The notes beneath the pieces are model-generated. The model saw only the letters and a program-made list of their open reading frames with translations. It did not search any database and had not been told where the DNA came from. Source: Balanoglossus misakiensis (Eukaryota > Animalia > Hemichordata). Taken from it: DNA of 64,000 nt. Each line of letters starts with the position of its first letter. Position 1 is the first letter of the stretch. Position numbers and translations under genes: made by a program. This document shows positions 56,182-64,000 of the stretch, in pieces. Location of the stretch: contig CM082584.2 in NCBI GenBank assembly GCA_040954595.2, forward strand, positions 10,692,552 to 10,756,551, in the 5' to 3' direction.

Positions 56182-56407
56182 AGTTGTGTACTGAATACCC
56201 TGCGAGACAAATTCAGCGGTGAATGCAACTAGTCTGCATTCAAAAATTAATAAAAAGACAAAAATGAAATGAATGTATTATAATTTGGAATACTCGTTTT
56301 TGAATTGTAAAATGTTCAATTATTCTTATCTGCAAAGAAAATAAAAGCAACTAACATTTCAATTGAAGGTAATCATTTTTGTCTATTAATTTTACTCAGT
56401 GTTTATT

Positions 56408-58060
56408 TTATTCTTCTTTATGTCTCCATTGTGAGCTCTCGGTGATTCCATTGCAATTCACTGCACCGTTTTGCTTGGTCTTTGTTGTCTTTTGACTGTA
56501 GGATTGCCTGTAGAAGTTTCCAAACAGCAGAATCATTGAGAACGCGTACAACACCACGGCTATATTGAAACCCTGTGGATACTCACAATCCACAGTCATG
56601 TTCAAGCCGGTGTGAACCATGACAGCAAAGAACTGAGTCTGTTGGTTAAAAAAAAAACACAAGAAAAGAATGAAAGAAATTACTGTAGACCAAAGGTAAC
56701 CTCAGACTGGCCTGACAAAAAATACAACAATTGGACAAAGTAAGTCCAATTGTTCTATTGTTGTAAATGTACAGAAACTTACAAGTTGAAGTTGCGTCAT
56801 GTATTTCTTCCACCACAGATATTTCTGCATGTGTGGTCCAATTGCAGCCATTCCATAGTACGTGTACATCACAGTGTGGATAAAGGAATTTACCATCGCC
56901 AGGAAAAATGCTGAAATGGAATTTTGATATAGAAAACATCAGAAAAATGTCTGTATACTAAGGCAACAAGCCTTGAAGAATTTAACTGGTCTATTACAAA
57001 TAACTTCAATAGGTAAAAGTCTAATATTGCTGCTCACATTGTCCACCGGCGATATACTTGACTCCAAGCCACCAGTTAATGATCATAGTACTGTGGTGGT
57101 AGACGTGAAGAAATGTCACTTGGTTGCTCTTTCTTCTTAAGATGAAGAAGACGGTGTCGAGTAACTCAATGATTTTGGAGAAAAAGAACCACCAACAGAC
57201 ACTGGCCATCTACGGATAAGAGAGATTAGTACTCGTGATATGATCCATGCATTTATTTGTTTGTTTGTTTGGTGTTGTTGTTTTGCATGATTTGTTCATT
57301 CTTAAAAATGAAAAGCCATTCCTTTCAATCACAGAATAAAGTCAGTGTTACATCTCACCCTGAGTCCTAAAGTACTGTTGGTGTAATCAACAGGTTGGCA
57401 CTTGTAAGAATAACCCGCAAGAGTAGACGTTACAAGAAACTGAAAGACAAAACACAGGAGAGAAAGAAATATTATTTTGTCTTTGAAAAGCCATTTGTGA
57501 ATATTGTTTGCCTCACATCTATTGCCAATCTCATGATAACCAATTCAAATTATCTTAAATTTCCAATAGTTTGGACTGTTAAATTTTCTTAAAGTTGGCG
57601 TGGGAAATACAGCAAAGAGATAACATATCTGATAATTCCACTTACTTCATAAAACATGTAGAATGAAATACCCACGAGTGCAAAGTTATAGACAACCAAC
57701 ACAGATTTCAGTTGCCATGGTTTTTGATGTGCCATGTATTTTGGTAGAAGCAATACCATTGTGAGATAGCCGATCACAATAAGTATACAAGGCCAGGGGG
57801 ATTGCATCAGAAGCCAGTTCTCAACCCTTGGATCTGAAAATAAACAGCAGTTTATTTGAAGACAAATTCTCCGGTAGGAATGTTTTGTGCTGAGGTCTTG
57901 CACAAAGTTTCATCATTGCACAAACAATACATTTACAAATTTTGTGACTTTTCTAAAAGTGAGAAAAGTATAAAATGATATTTTTTTTTCCAATTTCCTT
58001 ACCTCCATTCTCTATCATCCATTCATAAAATTCAACTACTTGCTGCACAGAGGCTGTCAT
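56408..58060 (-). CDS. ELOVL4: Very-long-chain fatty acid elongase, ELOVL4-type, 285 aa, 6 coding exons
   Basis: Exons 58003-58060, 57646-57833, 57359-57439, 57038-57209, 56783-56910, 56408-56638 total 858 nt. Motifs: [37 protein letters not shown] (His box), [33 protein letters not shown]-terminal RHKEE resembles an ER-retention signal. Internal exon sizes 188/81/172/128 match the ELOVL4 pattern as I recall it. Confidence 0.92.
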
Positions 58061-58553
58061 TGTCACGGTAACATTGACCTTAACTGTCTGGAAAAAATTG
58101 TCTGAAAGTCATTGAAACGTAAAAGATAGATCTGCAATAGACTTATGTGAAATTGTTACATAATATACGTGTTTGCAGTGACCCAGGTTGTTTGAGGTGT
58201 GGTGCCTGTGTACTTTTTGGACATGTTACGTAACTTACGTAAAGCACACCATCTCGAAAACGTGGGGAAAAAACTTTTAAAGCTGGCTGTGGTCCGTTGT
58301 TGGATGAATATTGCCTGTCAGTTTGTTTATATCGATTATTTTTATAGAGGATATATTGACGATTTTTTAAAACCAAATCAAATTCAATCCCACCGTTTCA
58401 ATATAAGTGAGCGATGCATGTACATATTTGTTGATAAGGAAATTTGAAAGAGATCCTGTTTTAAATTGGTCGCCATACAGCGATCGCTATAAAAATTTAA
58501 TGTAATATTTCATTCGCATTCAAAGTTCAGAATTCGATTAGAAATTGGTTTAC

Positions 58554-58877
58554 CTGGGTTTTCTTTCAGATCTCGTACAGAAACAGCGGAGAAATCACGA
58601 GCCAGCCACTCACTGTCCAAAAGTATTCTTCAGTATCACCTCCAGAGTGCAGCACGCAAAACAAACATTGAACCACGCCCTCCTTCTTTGCAGGGGGCAA
58701 TGGGGTCAAGCAATCGATCGCGCCACCCCATACGACCTTTGACCAGTATTCACGTCAGATTGTTGCCGGTTGCTGCAGCGGTGTGCACGGAGTTTCGAGC
58801 GATCTGACAAGGAGCGGATTGCCTGTTGCTTCACCTGATATTTGCGATCGCTCCAGTCTTCGTTCGATCCTTCAGTG
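58554..58877. promoter_or_regulatory. Putative bidirectional promoter and non-coding first exons of the two elongase genes
   Basis: Minus strand: donor CAG|GTAAA at 58554/58553 and acceptor TTTTTTCCAG ending 58088, before the ATG at 58060. Plus strand: donor TG|GTAAGT at 58877/58878 and acceptor TTGTAG ending 59465, before the ATG at 59492. The interval is CpG-rich. Confidence 0.6.
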
Positions 58878-59491
58878 GTAAGTAAAGACAGGATAAGAAT
58901 CATAAGATCGCTCGTTTTTGTGTGTGTTTCGTATCGAGGTCGACCACATGTGTTTGTTACAAGACGCACATAGTAACACATGATGGGGCGTGCCTCTTTT
59001 CATAGCCTGACAACAAGAGGTTCAACGTCCGATCCCCAGCTTTCATTCTTTTTATTTTGTCATAATGTCATTTTGGTGATTTTATCCATCGACAAACAAC
59101 CCGACAGGGCACGGGATCAGCATTGATCGGGGGGGGGGGGTGACGCGACGCGTCGACACATGTTGCAAAGGTCAGCGTGACTTTCAATGCGTACGTACGC
59201 ACGTTGTCAGTTTCAACAGTGGACTTTGGACATTGCCCAATTTTTGACCGATGTTCACACGTCTAACAATTGCTTTGCCATGCCTCTACGAGGTGATCCG
59301 TGTCACATTCATGGGCAGGGGTGGTGGTGAAGCTTGATGCTGGAGTTACATATTTTTCTAAAACTTTTACTGCTGAAATCTACATATAGTGTGTGAAACT
59401 TCCAAAAAGAGGGTTTCTGGATACTTTCTAACAAAATGCGTTTTTATGTCTTTGTTTTATTGTAGGTGGAGTTTAGTTTGACTTTGTGGCC

Positions 59492-61347
59492 ATGGATGTG
59501 TTTGGAATCATGGAATGGTGGGAGGAAACTCTCAAGAAAAAAGGTAGGAAAAAAAATTAGCTGAATAGTTTTATTTCATGCTGGGGGGTCAAATGACTTT
59601 TCAAACAAGGAACAGAATGTAATATACATTGACACATCTCTGTAAGCATTTTCTTGTTCTCTTTTCCAGATCCCAGATTAGATGATTTTTTTATGATGTC
59701 CACTCCCATCCCAAGCTGGATTATTGTTTTTATTTATTTACTCTTTGTGTGGCAAGCCCCCAAATGGATGGAGAACAAACAACCATTCAGCCTGAAGAAA
59801 ATTCTCCTTGTTTATAATTTCTTCATGGTTTTACTGTCAGGTTTTATATTTTATGAGGTTTGTACGAGTCGAACTTTCAAAAGTGTACTGGTTAAAAGGG
59901 ACAAAGTTGCCCATTTTGACATCATTGTATATACCTCTACTACAATTTTATTATGGTATTGACCAAGATATAAGAGATTTCATGCTCTTATTCATTTGAA
60001 TTTTGTTCACGTCATTTCAGTTCATGGCGGCAGGATGGCTGGCAGGATATACTCTTGGGTGTCAACTTGTAGACTATTCCTCGTCTCCAAAAGCGCTCAG
60101 GGTGAGAATTAGTGATTCGCTTGGTTACTTTTCCTTCATAGACTATACTTCAAAGATTAACATACTGAAAATAGACTTTTTTGCCCAAGATTATTCAGAA
60201 CTGTGAATTTGTTGCATGTACACTACATGTTGTGTGAACAATGAATTTCTTCTCTTTTCAGATGGTCCGTGTCTGTTGGCTGTTCTATTTCTCCAAGTTC
60301 ATAGAGCTTCTAGATACAGTAAGTACACAGTGAACTGCTTCTGCAGTCATTCTCTAGCTGCCTTCTGACAAATGGTACAGAATTTGATCTCACCAGTGTA
60401 TGGTGGTGACAGACGTTCACAGCAAAGATCTTGCAAGTTATATACCGAAAGTAGAAGGTGACAGAATTGTGTTTATGATGCTTTTCTCCCCCTGTATTAG
60501 GTATTTTTTATTCTACGCAAGAAGAATAATCAAGTGTCATTTCTACACGTCTTTCACCATGCCATTATGCCTGTCTCCTGGTGGTACGGAGTCAAGTTTG
60601 TAGCAGGTAAGAACAGGTCCTGATTTTTCTCGCACACATCACATCATGTCACGCCACATCACATCACATTGTTGCCTATTACTAAATTTGCTTTTACTTG
60701 GTTACGCTCCTGATGTAATAAATGCTGATGTTATTTGTTTTATCCCATTTGTTTGTTTCTTCATTTATTTATAGGTGGATTTGGGACATTCCATTCTACC
60801 TGCAATTCCTTCATCCATTTCATGATGTACATTTACTACGGTATGGCTGGTATGGGACCACATATGCAGAAATATCTCTGGTGGAAGAAATACATGACAT
60901 CAATGCAAATAGTAAGTGAAAGAAAAATAGCAGTTTTGGCCATATTTTCCCATGGTCATGTTGATGGATCTCTTGGGGAAGGCTAGTTTACGTCTGTCAG
61001 TGTGTGCAGATCAAAACATGTTGTATGGTAGAACGCTATCTTCAAGGCAAGAGGCATAGAAATGGTTTCATTTGTTTTGTGATTGATTGATTGATTGATT
61101 GACTTTCTTTTCACAGACTCAGTTTGCCATGGTGATAGTACACACCAGTCAGTTGCTGTTCATCGACTGCCCGTATCCAAAGGGATTTGCATTTATCATT
61201 TTCCTCTACGCATTCATGTTCATCATCATGTTCTTCAACTTCTACCGCAAAACGTACAAGAAGCCCCACAGTAAACCGAAACTGGAGGTTAACGCCAACG
61301 GTCCAGATGTAGTGATGAATGGCTTTGATGTCAAGAAAGTTGACTAA
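59492..61347 (+). CDS. ELOVL7: Very-long-chain fatty acid elongase, ELOVL1/7-type, 283 aa, 7 coding exons
   Basis: Exons 59492-59543, 59670-59857, 60021-60101, 60262-60318, 60501-60606, 60775-60911, 61117-61347 total 852 nt. Motifs: [63 protein letters not shown], and C-terminal KKVD (KKxx ER retention). Exon sizes 81/57/106/137 match the ELOVL1/7 pattern as I recall it. Confidence 0.92.
61081..61102 (+). repeat. (GATT)n microsatellite in the last ELOVL7-type intron
   Basis: GATTGATTGATTGATTGATTGA, just upstream of the acceptor at 61116. Confidence 0.85.
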
Positions 61348-64000
61348 AACTGGTCGGCCATCTTGATTTCCACCTGGTGACCATCTGCAGTACCAGAGCA
61401 GCCATCTTGGATGTTTGCAACTTTGTGATGATCTGGAGAGCCATTTCTATGTCTCTGTATTTGCGTTACTTTTGATCACACAATTTTCACATGAAAATGG
61501 AACTTCAGCAGAAGAAGGACTGAGACTTTTATTAGCTTTTGCAAAACGTAATCACCTCCTGTGTGTGTAGTGCCCACGTTTCCAACCTGACAACACTTCA
61601 GTTGCCTAATGGAAGTATTTATATACATGAACTCATTAACATGGAAGTAAAACAATAGGGCCGACAGCCAACTATTCCAATAACCTGGAATTAGTTTCCA
61701 GAACTTTTACCGTCTTTCAGGGCAACCATGACAAGATAAATACAATTATTTCAGAAATTGGAAAATTCAAGCAAAAATTCTCGGTGCTTACCCTATTTAT
61801 TATAATCATGGTTTTTCATCCTGTAATTTACTTTTTAATCTACATCATGATGAAAATCTCTGAAATAGTGGTAATAAACTCAGCATAGTGTTTGTATCTT
61901 TTGCTTATCAAATTTTTGTACAAATTTTGCTAAATTATTTTGTTATTCCAAGTAATTTTTTTGTACTGATTGCGAGTTTAGCACATCCACCTTGAATGTC
62001 CACCCTGGATTTGCCAGAATTTGGGCAATGTCACGTTCTTCAGAAGTGTTGAACACTGTTTTTATATACCAGCTTTGCAGTCAGCTTTCAGGCACCGATG
62101 TTTGTGGTATATAATAAATAATTACAACAGTGGTATACTCACAGATACATACATCATGTAAGAATAATTACTTATGTACGCTTTGTTCAAAGCAGATTTT
62201 GTCAATGCACAGTGGATTTTTGTACCCGAGGTGAAAAGATTATATTTTGTAAGTAGCTCATCAATGCCTTTGATGTAGACCATGTACCCCTCGTTGCTAA
62301 TAGTTACATGTCGTCACCATTGACCTTGTACATGTGACCGTACTTTTGATGACACCAGAGCAATCGGCTGTCAGCTTAGAATTAATCTTTACATCCAGCG
62401 TCCAAAGTCCACTCACAAAGTCCAGTTATTTTCTCATTCTTCACAATGACAAATAACCTAATGGAGTACATGTACATTACAAATGTTAATAGTTCACCGG
62501 TCTCCCACACAACCAATCAATGCAATTATAATATCCAAGCTTTCTATTCGGTGCTGACCAAATTACACTTGAACATTTGCTGGTAACTTGGTCATCCATC
62601 TGGTGCATTTGTAGTGGAATAACCCAACAGTTTACAGTTGTTAGGCTAGTCAATTTTGCAGGAATAGGGGTGTGTAGACTTTCAGGGGTGCGTACAGTAC
62701 ATTGTCCTTCCATTTACACGTACACCAAAATTGTGTCTTTTAAATTTTTCAACATGATCATAATCAGAGGTTTATTTTTTATCGAGGCCAGGCACATACA
62801 TCGATTTGCAGTCTCAGGCCAGCATGTCAATGCTGATAGTATTTTTTATGAATATTAGAAATATCCAAGACTTTATGTGAAATTAGCATAGGATTATTTT
62901 ATATGTATTTGAAGCTGTGCCCAAATTCACTTTGTGTAATATTTATGCAAAAAGGACAACTGTAAGAGGAAAATTGTAGCGTTTTTAAATGAGTCTAAAA
63001 TTTTCAACTGAAATCTTTATGCATAAAAAAGAGCAAGAAATTTGTAAAAAAAAAAGTGTCTTGTGTGCCCTTTGAATGGAGTAGATTATAATCTAATTGT
63101 AGTTTTGTGTGATAATTATAGTATATATAGTGTGTATTCTCCGATAGTTCTAGTAATGTATTTTACTAACTTAAGCTATAGTGTCTGTTGCCAAACACTG
63201 TAATTATTTAATATAAAATCTAAACTTGTGTAGTGGGTACTGCAAATAAAATATGAAAGCATCATTGCACTCGTGTGTTTTGTCCGGTTTTGAACACATC
63301 GCACCCAAGGCCTGGGTTATTTGTAACTCTTTCATCCCAGTTTCCCTCTGTAGAAGTTCAACTTTTACATTTCAGTTGCATGGCCCTGAATTGTGCCGTT
63401 GAGTGCAACATGTCCACTAAATCACAGGCACAGGGGAGTGCCTTCAGGTGAACAAATGCATGGATGTGAACACAGGGGTTTAGCACAATTCTGAAACACA
63501 CGCCTTCTTGTTTCAAGTTCTGCAACGGATTCAGGTTACCAGACCGCAACATATCAAAATGGAGAACTGATATGGTCTTTAATCCAATTGTCTTTATTTT
63601 CATGCAAAAAATAAAACTGGTACAGAAGCAGATGGTAGGCAAATGTAATGTCCAGTTTGCGTAACAATGATGTTAGAGGTTACTGTTATTTACAAAATAC
63701 TAGATTTGCATTGTGCACCATCTTAAAAAACGTATTTTCTGTGCTTCAAATGATCCCAGTTAACAGACACTCCAGTAGAGATAACACAAGTTATGGCCTT
63801 AGGACTCTGCTAAAGGTTTGACCAAAAACTAACAACATCACAGGATGACATGGTACTGTTTTGTATTGCATTCTTATTAAAGAACACACTTGGTAATTGC
63901 AGACAGCAACAAAGTTACTATGTAATATTGTGCACTAGTTTGCATTTGTGTGTCGCCCTAATTATTTCAGGTACCTTTCTTTCAAAACTAAATACAATTT

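Noticed and set aside
56216-56226. GCGGTGAATGC resembling part of mature miR-124
   Set aside because: Only 11 nt match, the seed is absent, and there is no matching precursor hairpin.
55870-56232. Four ORFs with mirrored identical peptides (IGQVCLNRHLGNKVRCGIELEGFGG)
   Set aside because: Artefact of the inverted repeat, not protein-coding.
58862-58870. GTTCGATCC resembling a tRNA T-loop/B-box
   Set aside because: No cloverleaf or A-box; it lies in the predicted ELOVL7-type 5'UTR exon.

Overview
This is a eukaryotic (invertebrate metazoan-like, AT-rich, spliceosomal-intron) genomic window, not prokaryotic. I reconstructed four complete multi-exon genes by hand with GT-AG boundaries and consistent frames. 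(1) A ZSWIM4/5/6-family SWIM zinc-finger/BC-box gene on the minus strand: 13 coding exons, 5195-47482, 1126 aa, with a 28.1-kb first intron. (2) POLR2E/RPB5 on the minus strand: 8 coding exons, 53355-55346, 210 aa, containing a U12-type minor intron. (3) An ELOVL4-type fatty-acid elongase on the minus strand (56408-58060, 285 aa). (4) An ELOVL1/7-type elongase on the plus strand (59492-61347, 283 aa), arranged head-to-head with (3) around a short shared promoter. The main unexplained items are an intronless 149-aa orphan ORF (51792-52241, minus) with apparent host-type 5'UTR splicing and a motif pattern recalling DUF6699-like or giant-virus hypothetical proteins, a 190-bp near-perfect foldback (55992-56181) between alternative poly(A) signals of the ELOVL4-like gene, and a perfect 41-bp palindrome at 50473-50513. 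Most of the short ORFs in the track are intronic or UTR noise. I saw no tRNA, rRNA, CRISPR array or transposase coding sequence. Family assignments come from recalled protein motifs; no database searches were run.
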